DNA of 64,000 nucleotides, taken from the NCBI RefSeq assembly GCF_000142905.1, contig NW_013657657.1:1-64000 (forward strand), written 5' to 3'. A model generated the notes under the pieces. The model did not search any database, was not told the origin of the DNA, and was given only the letters and a program-made list of their open reading frames with translations. This stretch comes from Thecamonas trahens ATCC 50062 (Eukaryota > Protista > Apusomonadida). Below, piece after piece: positions 10,538 to 21,524 of the stretch (positions within the stretch are counted from its first letter, which is position 1; each line of letters starts with the position of its first letter). Position numbers and translations under genes: made by a program.

Positions 10538-11892
10538 ATGGGCGCACCCGTAGCACCATCACGACAGGGGGAGGCAGAGCGGGCGACGGCGGCCATTGCC
10601 GAGGCCGAGTTTGAGGAGTTGCGCATGAAGCTGCTCGCGCTGGGCTACTCGGCTCCTCTCGGCATCGAGAGCGCGCGGCTCGCCAAAGCGCTGGTCGACG
10701 ATCTGGTCGCCGCTACCGCCGCTCTACATCAGCTAGGACAAGAGGCCGCCAGTCGAGGCAACGACGCACACTCGGAGGTTATGTTCGGCAAGCTGGCGCG
10801 AGAGGCGCTGGTGGCGGAGAACTCGCGGATCTTGCGCGAGAACAACGACCTTCATCTCGCACTGGTCAGACTCAAGGACGAGGCTGCCGAGCGGGCGGTT
10901 CTCTCGGGTGCGACCCGTGACTCGGCCCGGGCGCTCACCGCCGCACACGCCCGTATCGAAGAGCTCGAGTTTGTTAACAAGGAGCTCCGGGCCCGCCTTG
11001 TCCGCCTCGAGGCTGCCCGCAATGACGCCATCCGCCAGCTCCAGCTCATTGCCGACGCCGACGCTGACGGCGTTCCGCGCTCGCCGCCATCGATCTCGCT
11101 CTCCGCGCCTGTGCCCGAGCCGCGGCTGGGCTCGAGCAAGCTTCCAACGCCCCGCGTGGAACAATCGATCTTGTGCGCGCGTCACAGGTGGCTGCTGCTG
11201 CTGCACACGCCCGCGCGGATCTGCTGGTACAAGAGCGCGATGAGGCGCATGCCCGCATTACCCAGCAGAATACCCAGCTTGCCGCCCTCCGTGGCGAGCT
11301 GGAGCGGCTCTCGGCCGAGCTGGACCAGCGCCTGGTTGCGGTTCAGTCTGGCGATGCCCCGCCTGCTCTCCAGCCACGAGCCACCCTTGAGCTTGTCTCG
11401 CTCCAACACCTCAATGCCACTAACGAGGCCGTCATCGAGCAGCTCGCGGGTCAGATTGCGCTCCTCGAGCGGCACATTTTCGGCCTCGAGCGGGAGAAGA
11501 AGCAGCGCGTCGCAGCCCGCAAGCGTGCCAAAGCCGCCGCCGCCGCCCGCGCACACTCGCGCGCTATTGTCCGTGCTCGCGCCTCGCCCACGCCGCAGGC
11601 AAAGACGAAGAAGACGAGGGCAAAGCCCAAGGCTGTATCCAAGGCCCGATCCAAGACAAAGCCCAAGTCCCGGCTGAGGACAAAGAAGAACAAGAAGAAG
11701 ACCCGCAAGCCGAGTCGCACATCGACCAAGCCTGTGGTTAAGCAAGTTCTGGACGAGAACAAGGCTGTCCTCGACGAGCTCGCCGCCATGAAAGAGGCGC
11801 AATCGATGGTCCTCATGTCGTCCGAACCGCTTGAGCCACACGAGGCTGCCCGTGCTTACGCCGAAATGACCATGTCGCGGTCGATGGCTTGA
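10538..11892 (+). CDS. CEP135: CEP135/BLD10 N-terminal homolog, short, with Lys-rich tail; frame break near 11110-11187
   Basis: EFEELRMKLLALGYSAPLGIES, ENSRILRENNDLHLALVRLKDE and SLQHLNATNEAVIEQLAGQIALLE match the CEP135 N-terminal motifs. The two ORFs join via one missing base or a 32-nt GT-AG intron (11156-11187). Confidence 0.75.
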
Positions 11893-12106
11893 CGCCCCCG
11901 GTCGCCTCCGGATCACTGTTGTGCTCCCCACGCTAACACTCGATCGGCCGCTGGCAACCATCGCAGCCGACCTGCTGACGACCCCAGCAGACGACCACAG
12001 CCCGTTCCCCACCCACTCATGCTCGCCCTAACCACCCCACTCCACACACGCACACACAGCCCTCACCCACACCCCTCCCTTTCCCACACCCACACACCTC
12101 CACACC

Positions 12107-13329
12107 ATGGTACGCTTGCCCTGCACCCACACCCCCCCCCTACCCTCCCCTCCCCCCTACCTCCCACTCACCACACACGCCCTCCTCTCCCCCCCCCCCC
12201 CTCCTTCCGCGCAGTTCGTGCTGCTTGTGGGCGACTTCCACATCCCGCACAGGGCCTTTGACATCCACCCGAAGTTCCGTGAGCTTCTGGTACGTACTCT
12301 GTGTCCCCTTTCCCTCCCCTGCCTGTGGTAGCAGAAGTGGTGCATGTCGGTACGAGGCACGCGTGTGACCCATAGTCGCCCCCGCCCTTCCCTCTCGCCG
12401 CCTGTCGCTGTTTTTTTGCCCCCTCCCCCCCGTCCCCCCCGTCCCCCCGCCACCACCACCACCACCACGCCCACGCCCACGCCCACACCCATGGTAGCTA
12501 CAGTCGTGTACTTGCCCATACATTGCTACATTACCACGCTTATACGTGTGGGCGGTGGTCGTTGGTCGGTGGTCGGTGGTCGGTGGTCAGTGGTCGGTGG
12601 TCGCCGGTGGGGAGTGGCTGTGGTGCGGCTCGTCGGCTGGATATAGGCAGAGTAGCCACTGCCTTGCTTGGTCGTCGGCTGGTCCGACTCGGTCGTCATC
12701 TGGCTATCGACGCTCCTGGTCACCTGCTCGCCCGACACTGGCCCAAATCACTCACTTACACACTCCTCTTCTTCGCCCACGCCGCAGGTGCCCGGCAAGA
12801 TCCAGCACGTCATCTCGACGGGCAACCTCACATCGCGCGACACATACGACTACCTCCGGCATCTGGCATCAGACGTGACGGTGGTCAAGGGCGAGTTTGA
12901 CGACAACGCGTCGTTTCCGGACCACAAGGTCGTCACCGTCGGCAACTTTAACATCGGCGTTGTCCACGGTCACGCGGTCGTGCCTTGGGGGACCATGAGG
13001 CGCTTGCCGCCCTGCAGCGCAAGCTCGACGTCGACATCCTTGTCTCCGGCCACACCCACGAGCATGAGGCCTGGGAGTACGAGGGCGCCCTGTTCATCAA
13101 CCCGGGCTCGGTCACCGGTGCGTACTCGCCCATCACCGACGAGGTCACCCCCTCGTTTGTCCTCATGAACCTCTCCGGCTCGACCGCCACCTGCTACATC
13201 TACCAGATCGTCGACGACAAGGTCAAGATCGACCGCGTCATCCACCGCAAGGACGGCGCCGCCGACGATGATGACGACGACGACGAGTACGACGAGTATG
13301 ACGAGGACGATGACGACGCCGAGGACGAT

Positions 13330-13361
<32 letters not shown>

Positions 13362-13395
13362 CGACGCCGAGGAGGAGGACGCTGATGACGAGTAA
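12107..13395 (+). CDS. VPS29: Retromer subunit VPS29 with acidic C-terminal tail
   Basis: Exons 12107-12109, 12215-12289 and 12788-13395 with GT-AG introns. Motifs LLVGDFHIPHR, VPGKIQHVISTGNL, VVKGEFD, HGHAVVPWG, DVDILVSGHTH, FINPGSVTGAY. One G is missing in the G-run at 12987-12991. Confidence 0.96.
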
Positions 13396-13551
13396 AGCTC
13401 ACTCTTGACCACTCGCTCTCGTCTGCCAGTCAGCCAGAAAACGACCTAGACTTGTCCACTCAGCCTCGACCACGTTGGCCCGGGCTCTCGGCCGGTCGTC
13501 CAGCCCGAAACGCGTCAGCTCGCCACCCACTCAACTTACGCCGCAGCACCC

Positions 13552-14742
13552 ATGCTCCGCTCGCTCCATCTGTGTCGAATGGGCGCACTTGGCCGCGGCT
13601 TCCAATGGTCGCTTACTCGCTCATCCTCCGCCTCGTCATCTGACGACAAGCTACGCGCCTTCTACGAGGCCTTTGACCCGTCAGCCGAGGTCTCGCCGAG
13701 TACCGGCCATGCCGCCGCGCCGCACTCGCACTCGCACGCCACTGATCCGCCAGCGCTTTCGCCAGCTGTCTCGGACGTCATGGGCAAGGTTGTCGAGGCT
13801 TCGCTCGGCGATCCTCCTGCAGAGCTGTGTGATCTGGACATGTCCCTGGAAGCAATGTCGACCGGCGAGGCGGCCGAGCTCGGCGCTGCGCTGGTGGCGC
13901 ATGTCACGCCGCCGCCGCCGGTCGACCCGCCGATGGCCCGGGTTGTGCTCACGCAGGCGGTTACGGTCCTTGAGCATGCTCTGGAGGACGCGAATGCATC
14001 GGATGATGCAGCGTATCTGGCCGGGCTTCTTCACGCTGGCGCCCATCCGGCCGTGGCGGCCAACGCTGGCGATGTGCCCGGCCTGCGGCCCGGCCGCGGT
14101 GCCGCCCTGCTCAAGTCGCTGGCCACGCGCGGGCACCCGTGGGCCCAGTTTGGCCTCGCTCAGCTGCTGCGCGAGGGCAAAGGCGTCAAGGTCAATCCGG
14201 CTGCTGCGCTCGCTCTGCTTGAGCTGGCGGCCAAGGCTGGCGTCGCTCCCGCGCTTCACAACCTCGCCACCATGCACGCTGCCGGCGAAGGCACACCGGC
14301 CGCACCTCAGAGAGCCAAGGAGTTGTGGGAAGAGGCGGTTGAGGCCGGCGACCCACTCGCAGCCTTTGCGCTCTCGCAGGCACTCGATGCCGAGACCGAG
14401 ACCAACGACGGGATCCATCCGCGGACGCCTGCGCTTCTGCGCGCCGCCGCCGACGCCGGCCTCGCCCGCGCCGCACACAACCTCGGCACGCTGCACTTTA
14501 TGGGCAAGGGCGGCGTGCCGCACTCGTTCAAAACTGCGTTCCAGCTGTTCGAGGCAGCAGCCTCGGGTGGCGTCGTCGGTGCCATGGTCAACGCCGGCCA
14601 CATGCTCGCCGAGGGCAAAGGCGTCCCCCGAGACACCGCCGCCGCCCGCGCTTGGTACCTCCGCGCTGCGCCGAGCTCGGACATCGCCGCCGCCGCTCTT
14701 GCTGAGCTCGACGGCGCTACGCCGAGCTCGGTGCAGCAATGA
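13552..14742 (+). CDS. SEL1-like repeat protein, probably mitochondrial
   Basis: Repeats such as AQFGLAQLLREGKGVKVN, ALHNLATMHAAGEG, AAHNLGTLHFMGKGG and AMVNAGHMLAEGKGVPRD. The Arg/Ser-rich N-terminus lacks acidic residues, like a mitochondrial presequence. Confidence 0.88.
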   Translation: MLRSLHLCRMGALGRGFQWSLTRSSSASSSDDKLRAFYEAFDPSAEVSPSTGHAAAPHSHSHATDPPALSPAVSDVMGKVVEASLGDPPAELCDLDMSLEAMSTGEAAELGAALVAHVTPPPPVDPPMARVVLTQAVTVLEHALEDANASDDAAYLAGLLHAGAHPAVAANAGDVPGLRPGRGAALLKSLATRGHPWAQFGLAQLLREGKGVKVNPAAALALLELAAKAGVAPALHNLATMHAAGEGTPAAPQRAKELWEEAVEAGDPLAAFALSQALDAETETNDGIHPRTPALLRAAADAGLARAAHNLGTLHFMGKGGVPHSFKTAFQLFEAAASGGVVGAMVNAGHMLAEGKGVPRDTAAARAWYLRAAPSSDIAAAALAELDGATPSSVQQ

Positions 14743-16879
14743 CCCGCCCGCGGAGGCCTTTGACCAGCGAGCCGAGCATGACGCCGATGGCCTTGCGGAC
14801 GGCGTCGCCGCCGGCAATCCGCGACGGGTGCGGCCAGCGCGAGACGACTGCGTCGGTCAGCAGTCGCCGCGCGAGCTGGTACGCCACCGTCAGGTTGCCG
14901 ATTCGGATCCGGAGCGTGGTTGCAGGCGTGACAAGTTGCGCCGGGAGCGCCGCACCGACGCCGAGCGAGAGAAGGTAGACGAGGCCGACGCCCGTCGCCA
15001 CGCCGTCATCCGTCGTCATGGTGACTCGCGCCGGGCACCCGACAGACTTGAGGACGGCGTTGATCCAGGGCAGGGTGATACCCTCGAGCTTGCTCGCCGA
15101 CGCCACTTGCTGCGAGCTGAGCGACGGCTCCCACCCAAACGGCTCATCGACTGTGACGGCGACAGCCGTGTCTGTGCTCGGCGCCGAGACCGAGAGCCGC
15201 CGCGCCTGCCCAGGCACCGCCCGCTGGACGTCAGCGACATACGACGAGCGCAGCGCACGCTTCTTTCCGCTGCCGCTGCTGCTGCCGCTGTTGCTAGACG
15301 CACGCCCGCTGCCTGACGCCCCTCCTGACGCTTGCGGCACTATTGCTCTGGCAAGGTACTCGGGCCCGCCGTCGGCGAGGTCGACGTTGTACCGGTCGGC
15401 AACCGCAGAGAGTGCGCGAAGAATCGGGCGAGTCGAGCAGCCGACAACGTCGTCGACCTGCCAGCCCTCAACGTCGATGCCGAGGAGGCTCATCCACTCG
15501 CGTGCGAGTGAGAGGTTTGTCCGGCACGCCGCAATCGAGTTGACGTCGATGGTGTGCTCGGGCGCCCGCTCGTGTGCATAGTCTGTCACCATCTCAAAGA
15601 AGAGCCATCCGCAGGCGGCAGCCTTCTCCATGTTGAACTGCCCAATCGGGGTATTTCCCGACGGGTGCCGCTTGGCGAGCACGGCCTGGCACCACTTGCG
15701 CGTCCGAGCTGCTTGCTCCTTCACCGAGAGCGGGACCTTGGACGCCAGCGCATTCATCCGCGCCACTTTGGACAGCGACGGCGACTTGGTCTTGGCACCG
15801 CCACCGCCCGATGCCGGCGCGGCGAGCAGCTCTTCCGAGACAAAGTGGTCGCCCGAGGCTGGGCGCGCCGACGCTGCCGCGGCGGCCTCGGCCTCGAGAG
15901 CCCGCTGAATGGCCTTTTGCTTGCGCTCGTCGTTGACGTCGGCAAACTGCGAGTGGAACGATGGCGGGCGGATCTTGGCGTCTTCGGGCGGCGGCGGCGC
16001 GAGAAGGTACTCGTAGAAGAGCGTGCCCTCGACATCGTCGCGGATCGAGTCCCACTGCGCCTGGCCGGTCTTGCCCTTGGCGACGAGGGCGCGGACCCAC
16101 GCGCGCTGCTTGTCGGCCGACGACACGTTGGCCCACACTACGCCCTCGGCCTTAGTCCCGGTCACGTCCTTGGGTGCAAGAAAGATGCAGTTAGGCGCAG
16201 CTTCGGCAAAGTGCTTGATGCCGACGTTGTACTCGCGGGTGTCCAGCTGTGCCACTAGCTTGGCCGGGAGTCGCGGCGAAGTGTACACCGAGAGCGTGCC
16301 CGGCGTGAGCACAAAGTACCGCGAGACCATCTTGACCCGCGGCTTCCTTGACTGGATGTCGACGAGAACCGCCATGGTCATTGCCGACGAGATCACGGAC
16401 TGGATGGCGTTGGGCGGGACAATGGCATCCGTCCATCCGCTGTCACCGCTCCCGCTCTCGTCGTCGCCGCCGCCGCCGCCGCCAACCTTGCTCGAACTGG
16501 GGCCCTCATCGTAGCCACCGACCATGACATCGCTCGTCGCGGGCAGATCGTCCACCACGCCGACGTAGGTGGCGCCCGCGGCGATGAGGGCTGAGAGCCA
16601 CGCCTTGAGAACAGCGGGCTCGTGAGCGGCAAAGACGTGGGTGACACCGCACCCTCCGCCGAGCTGGATGTAAAAGGCATACGCCTGGCCAGCAAGCCCG
16701 CCGCGGATGACCCCAGTCGCCGTCTCGCACAATGGGCCGAGCGCAAAGAGCGCCAGTGCGTCAGTGAGGTCCGAGGAAAAGCCGCGGACTTCGCTTCCTT
16801 CCACCGCCACAAACCTCGTCGAGAAGAGCGAGCTGAGCGGTGACCGGTACTGCAGCCATGAGCCATGGGTCCGCATCAT
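14717..16879 (-). CDS. Tandem PH-PH plus calponin-homology (CH-CH) cytoskeletal adaptor
   Basis: PH motifs GSWLQYRS..FSTRFVAV...LKAWLSAL and SRYFVLTPGTLSVY...QRAWVRAL. CH-like motifs RKWCQAVL...NLSLAREWMSLLGID..QVDDVVG and LPWINAVL...TGVGLVYLL. Confidence 0.72.
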   Translation of the reverse strand: MMRTHGSWLQYRSPLSSLFSTRFVAVEGSEVRGFSSDLTDALALFALGPLCETATGVIRGGLAGQAYAFYIQLGGGCGVTHVFAAHEPAVLKAWLSALIAAGATYVGVVDDLPATSDVMVGGYDEGPSSSKVGGGGGGDDESGSGDSGWTDAIVPPNAIQSVISSAMTMAVLVDIQSRKPRVKMVSRYFVLTPGTLSVYTSPRLPAKLVAQLDTREYNVGIKHFAEAAPNCIFLAPKDVTGTKAEGVVWANVSSADKQRAWVRALVAKGKTGQAQWDSIRDDVEGTLFYEYLLAPPPPEDAKIRPPSFHSQFADVNDERKQKAIQRALEAEAAAAASARPASGDHFVSEELLAAPASGGGGAKTKSPSLSKVARMNALASKVPLSVKEQAARTRKWCQAVLAKRHPSGNTPIGQFNMEKAAACGWLFFEMVTDYAHERAPEHTIDVNSIAACRTNLSLAREWMSLLGIDVEGWQVDDVVGCSTRPILRALSAVADRYNVDLADGGPEYLARAIVPQASGGASGSGRASSNSGSSSGSGKKRALRSSYVADVQRAVPGQARRLSVSAPSTDTAVAVTVDEPFGWEPSLSSQQVASASKLEGITLPWINAVLKSVGCPARVTMTTDDGVATGVGLVYLLSLGVGAALPAQLVTPATTLRIRIGNLTVAYQLARRLLTDAVVSRWPHPSRIAGGDAVRKAIGVMLGSLVKGLRGRVIAAPSSA

Positions 16880-17596
16880 GGGTGTGCGAACAGGTGTCGA
16901 GTGTATGCCGTGGTCTCTCTCCCCCCGCCTCCTCACCCTGTTGCTACAGGTGCACGCGGATTTCGCACGAACTCCCTGCGCTGCGAGGAGGCCGAAAGCA
17001 GAAGTGCAGAGCGGCGCTCGCTTCTATATTTTCCTACGTGTCTGCCAGGTCTGTGCCGAGACTCTTCTCCAGCGGAAACCCTGCTCTGCCAGCTCCAGAT
17101 CACCAACTGACTCTACTGGCGAGACCGTGCTCGCTACTGCAGCTGCGTCGGTGGACAGGCATGCGCAGCAATGGGCGATGGCGGTGCGTGGCAAGGCAAA
17201 GAGGCACAGAAGAGACGCCATATTCGAAACGAACATTCGACGAGTGCGGCCCATTATTCGGCACAGGCTATCAGAGCGGGCTTTTTCCAAAACCCAAGCA
17301 GCACACGCTTGCCCCACATACAACTTCACCATCCCTCTCTCTCTCTCTCTCCTCCTCCATCGCAGCTAGCTATGCCTCACCAGTTCTTCCTGCCATGTGG
17401 AAGAGCGAGAGAACACACATGGCGGGGGGTGACGAGTGTTTGGCGCCAAAAACGGGAGAGAAAATTGAAGTTAATGCCCGCAGCCACGTGCCACGTCAAC
17501 AGCTGTCGAGTGTGTTGACAAAGCAACGATAAACTGTTGAGACAGTATTCGAGAGCTGTGGCAGTACGCTTCACTCCAACGAAACAAGTTCCGAAC

Positions 17597-18703
17597 ATGG
17601 CGACCATCTCCCGCACGGCGGTGGAGACGACGACGACGACGACGACTGTGTCGTCCTTCCGACTTCCTGAGCGACTTGCAAGCCTCACGGCTTCGTCGCC
17701 GCTCCTGACCAAGCTCAGCAGCTCTACGGCTACGCTGTATGCTTCTTCGCCTCTTGCCCAGTCGCTGACGTCCAAGGTGGTGGCTGCCGCCTCGCCGTAT
17801 GTCCCGCAGCTGGCCAAGCTCGACGCCTTTGCGGTGGATTCGCTCGACTCGGTCTCGGCCAAGGTGACCAACATGTCCGAGACGGTCTCGGCCAAGGTGA
17901 CCGATGTCTCTGCGAGTGTGTCGGCCAAGGTCGACGAGGTCAACACGACGACGGCTGCCATCCGCACCAAGGTGGCCGGCAAGACGACCCAGATCCGCTC
18001 GTCGGTGGCGACTGTCCTTGCCGATCCAGTCGAGGTGACTCTCGCCACGCTCGAGGCGCTGCTCGAGGTCGACCCTGAGGCTGCCGAGCTTCCGGTGGTC
18101 GATGGCGAGACGGAGCCGAAGGAAGCCGAGACGGAGGCTGCGGCTGCCAAGCCGGCTGCGCTCGCGCGGGCCAAGGTCATTGCTGCCAAGGCAAGTGTTC
18201 TGACTGCGGATGCGCTGACGGCGCAGACGAACGAGCTGAAGACCAAGATGGCGGCGTCGCTGGCGTCTGTGGCTGCGGCAACGGCGCCGCGGGCCCGCTC
18301 GGTCTTTGCTGCCATTCCGTACTCTGAGAACATTGCTGCTGCCGTAGCCTCGATCTACGGCTCGCTGGTGGTGCCTGCTTCTGCCAAGGTCGGTGTCGAT
18401 GCCGACGCCATTGTTGCTACTCTTGTGAACTTGCTGAACGTGCCTGCCGACGCTACCGCCGGCGCCAACGCTGACGCTGACGATGGTCCCGGTGTGCCTG
18501 CCGCGTCACCCATCCACAACACCTCGCTTAACTCGACGCTCGACGTGACCCAGCATACACTCGACGCCGACGACGAGGCGCCGGCCGACGACGGCTGCGA
18601 CGATGACGACGGCTCGGTCTCTTCTGACGGCGGCGCACTCGATCCGGACGACTCGGCCTTTTCAGAGCTCGAGCCCTCGCGCATCATCGAGACACTCTTC
18701 TGA
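17597..18703 (+). CDS. Perilipin-like lipid droplet protein
   Basis: PAT-like segment (ERLASL...PYVPQLAKLDAFAVDSLDSVSAKV) followed by 11-mer repeats DSVSAKVTNMS/ETVSAKVTDVS/ASVSAKVDEVN and an acidic tail. Confidence 0.6.
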   Translation: MATISRTAVETTTTTTTVSSFRLPERLASLTASSPLLTKLSSSTATLYASSPLAQSLTSKVVAAASPYVPQLAKLDAFAVDSLDSVSAKVTNMSETVSAKVTDVSASVSAKVDEVNTTTAAIRTKVAGKTTQIRSSVATVLADPVEVTLATLEALLEVDPEAAELPVVDGETEPKEAETEAAAAKPAALARAKVIAAKASVLTADALTAQTNELKTKMAASLASVAAATAPRARSVFAAIPYSENIAAAVASIYGSLVVPASAKVGVDADAIVATLVNLLNVPADATAGANADADDGPGVPAASPIHNTSLNSTLDVTQHTLDADDEAPADDGCDDDDGSVSSDGGALDPDDSAFSELEPSRIIETLF

Positions 18704-18819
18704 TTCTGAAGGCCTGGCCTACCCCCCTTTCCCCCCCAACAAACGCAGCTCATGTTCCTCCGGTCGATCATCGGCTGGAGGGGCATGGTGCGCGCTCACT
18801 ACCAATCACCGTGTGGCCT

Positions 18820-19443
18820 TTATTCTGTGTGCGGCAGCGCGTAGCGGGGTGTCATCACATCGTCGGAGAGGACGACAAGCGAGCATAGACAGCATGCCGA
18901 GAAAAGCACAATACACATGAGAACGCGCCAGCCGATGCTCCAATCGGCCGGCGACTCGTCCTTGGGGGCGCCGGGATCGCGCTTGGGTGCGAGGACAAAG
19001 AACAGAATGAGCAGCGTGTACAGGACGAGCGTGGAGATCACCACCACGCTATCGACCGGCGGAATGACCATCAACCGACATCACCACCACCATCACCATC
19101 GCCAACCAGTTCCCAGTCATAACCACCATCAGCAACCCCCCGTCCACCGCCACCAACCCATTGGCGCCACCAAGCCACCCACAACCACCATACCAACCTC
19201 TCCACCGACATGAGTCCCACACACACACACACACACACGCACATACACACACACACACACACACACAACACCTTGGGAACATACGTCTTGTACTTTGTGT
19301 ACCAGGCAAAGCAGCAGAGGAGGAGAGGAGGAGGAAGACGGCACCGATGAAGAGAGCAGCAAAGAGACCTGCGCCTATGCCTCCCACTCGCGGTGATCGG
19401 CAGCTGCTACTCCCGCCAGACACACCAATCCATACAACAGCAT
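18820..19443 (-). CDS. TMEM218: TMEM218-like ciliary transition zone membrane protein (spliced; start and exon edges uncertain)
   Basis: Exon VGGIGAGLFAALFIGAVFLLL and exon SVVVISTLVLYTLLILFFVLAPK...IGWRVLMCIV...VMTPRYALP resemble TMEM218 (VLGVGAGVF...LLLFPR...IGRYVL...VLEPIYAKP). A low-complexity intron lies at ~19050-19280. Confidence 0.7.
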
Positions 19444-19805
19444 GACAATGCGTCTCTCCCGCTGCTGGCTACCTGAATTGGATCAGAGATGAGTCTGTGT
19501 CACCCTTGCTCCTCCTGCTCAAACCCTCTCTGGCCCCCCCCCCCCCCCCTTGCCGCCACTCGCCCGCCATCCTACGCTATCTCGACACGGCTCGCGCGCT
19601 CGCACACCGGCACCGCTCGCCTTCCAGCCGACGATCATGCACATCTTACGCGTTTACACTCTCGCCGCGCCGCACACTTCTATGAGCAATGAGATTGAGC
19701 GCGGGCGCCCAGCAGGGACTCAAGCGCCCGCGGCTGCGGCGTCGACGATCGCGACGGGGACTCGGCCTCGCCGCACTCGGAAGACACTTGCCATGAGTAT
19801 GGCAT

Positions 19806-21524
19806 TCAGCCATTGTGGACGGTGCTACTGCGCTCAGAATCGGCACGAGGCCGCGTGACGCGACTCGGCTTGGGCGGGCCTGCAGAGACTCCTCGGGTAC
19901 GGGCCGGCTTGGCCGGCGCCGGTCCGCCGGGAATCGGCGATGCTGTCCGCGACACCGCTGGCGAGGCTGCTGGCGAGAGGCCTGGCAACGGCGAAAGCGA
20001 CGGCGACGGCGCCCCGACGCGTGCCGGCACCGCACCTTCCGGTGAAATGCTCGGCGAGACGCTTGCACGCCTGGCCACGTTCGGCACCGACGCCTTGCGC
20101 TTGGGCTTGGGCGGCGGTAGGCCTGCACCGCCGAGTGACATCTTGCGGTTGCTCCGCGTCGCCGGCATTCTCCGCGCGCGGGGGGAGGTCGGTGCTGACT
20201 TGGAGCTCTCGTCAGGAGCCGCCCTGTTGTCGTCGCCATCATCGTCGGCCTCGGGAATCGAGACTGTCGCCGACCGCTGCTTAGTCCGCCCACGCTGCGG
20301 CGGCAGCGACGGCAGCGGCCGGTTCTGCGGGATCGAGACAGACGGCCGCCGCCGCCGCGTCCGCGATCCGCCGCGCGGCGAGACCAGCAGCACGTCCGGC
20401 TTGGGCCCGCTCTCACCTGCAGGCTCCCGCCCTACCGGCGAGTCAAACACGCCCCGCGCCCGCAGCCGCGCCGCCCGCGCCGCCCGCCGCGCAGCCTTCT
20501 CCTCGGCAAACGGCTTGCCAGCGTACGCCTCAAACTTACGCTCAAAGTCAGCCGAGGCGTGGACAATGCCGCCACTGCTCTCGTCCTTGAACACGTCCTT
20601 GGCCAGCGGCGGCGGCGCCATGCCCTCATAGCCGCACGCCACGAGCATGTTCCGCACATCTCGCTCGCCGTCCAAAAACTCCGCCAGTACTCCGAGCTGC
20701 TGTCGCGACCGGTCGTGCGGACACGGTTGCGGATACTGAGCTTCGATCAGCGCGTCCACCGTTCTCTTGGTCTCTGCCGCACGCACCGTCGCCGCCGCCC
20801 CGAGCTCGTCGAGCCGTGCCATCCGCCGCCGCCCCACAACCTCGTCCAAAAACGCGTTGTACCCCGCCAGCGCCGCGTCGTACGACGCCTCGGCCTCCTC
20901 GGCCCGTCGCTGCGCCTTGTCGGCCTTGCGCTCCAGCGCCGCATACTTGTCCGCCGTCACCTGTGGATCGCCCGTCGCTGCCTCCACCGCCCGCCGCGCC
21001 TCGGCTGCCGCCTCGCATCGCTCATGGTAGCTCTTGCGCGTGCTCTCGGCGTCGGCCTCGCGGCTCTCGAGCTCCGCAACATCCTTCCGCACCGCACGCT
21101 GCAACTCGCTCACGGCCCTCGACTGCGACTTGACTAGTGTGCTCAAATCCTCCGCCCGCTCCGACAGCACCTGCGCTGCGTCGGCATGGAACGCCGCCCA
21201 AAACCCGGTCTGCGCGTTGAGGACCCGGAAGACCGCCCGCTGCGTCGCCGGCCCGCTGTACGCAGCCTGCTCGTCGGCCAGCATCTCGTCCATTGCCACC
21301 ATCTGCAGCATCGCCTCGCTCATCTCGCTCGCCGTCTCCATCGGCGTCAGCTTGGACAGCTTGGTCTTGCCATACTTGGACATGGCCTTGCCAGCATCCT
21401 CGTGCACATCCGCCATTTTGCTCAGATATCCCACCAGCTCCCGCAGCCGCAGTATCCCATTCTCGCTCTTGGTCATCGCCGTCTCCAGGCCTTCCGTGAG
21501 GCCATGCCACGAGCTACGATTCAT
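19806..21524 (-). CDS. F-BAR (FCH) domain protein with Pro/Arg-rich tail
   Basis: N-terminal SWHGLTEGLETAMTKSENGILRLRELVGYLSKMADVHEDAGKAMSK, then long helices (RKSYHERCE...AEEAEASY) and a PxxP-rich C-terminus. Confidence 0.78.
   Translation of the reverse strand: MNRSSWHGLTEGLETAMTKSENGILRLRELVGYLSKMADVHEDAGKAMSKYGKTKLSKLTPMETASEMSEAMLQMVAMDEMLADEQAAYSGPATQRAVFRVLNAQTGFWAAFHADAAQVLSERAEDLSTLVKSQSRAVSELQRAVRKDVAELESREADAESTRKSYHERCEAAAEARRAVEAATGDPQVTADKYAALERKADKAQRRAEEAEASYDAALAGYNAFLDEVVGRRRMARLDELGAAATVRAAETKRTVDALIEAQYPQPCPHDRSRQQLGVLAEFLDGERDVRNMLVACGYEGMAPPPLAKDVFKDESSGGIVHASADFERKFEAYAGKPFAEEKAARRAARAARLRARGVFDSPVGREPAGESGPKPDVLLVSPRGGSRTRRRRPSVSIPQNRPLPSLPPQRGRTKQRSATVSIPEADDDGDDNRAAPDESSKSAPTSPRARRMPATRSNRKMSLGGAGLPPPKPKRKASVPNVARRASVSPSISPEGAVPARVGAPSPSLSPLPGLSPAASPAVSRTASPIPGGPAPAKPARTRGVSAGPPKPSRVTRPRADSERSSTVHNG

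Noticed and set aside
9232-10614. 460-aa plus-strand ORF and other long antisense or alternate-frame ORFs (e.g. 13475-15316, 32835-34379, 41996-43021, 45096-47243, 51591-53336)
   Set aside because: Shadow ORFs of GC-rich genes; the real gene lies in another frame or on the other strand
12430-12640. Possible hairpin between C-rich and G-rich tracts in VPS29 intron 2
   Set aside because: Only low-complexity complementarity; no specific stem can be supported
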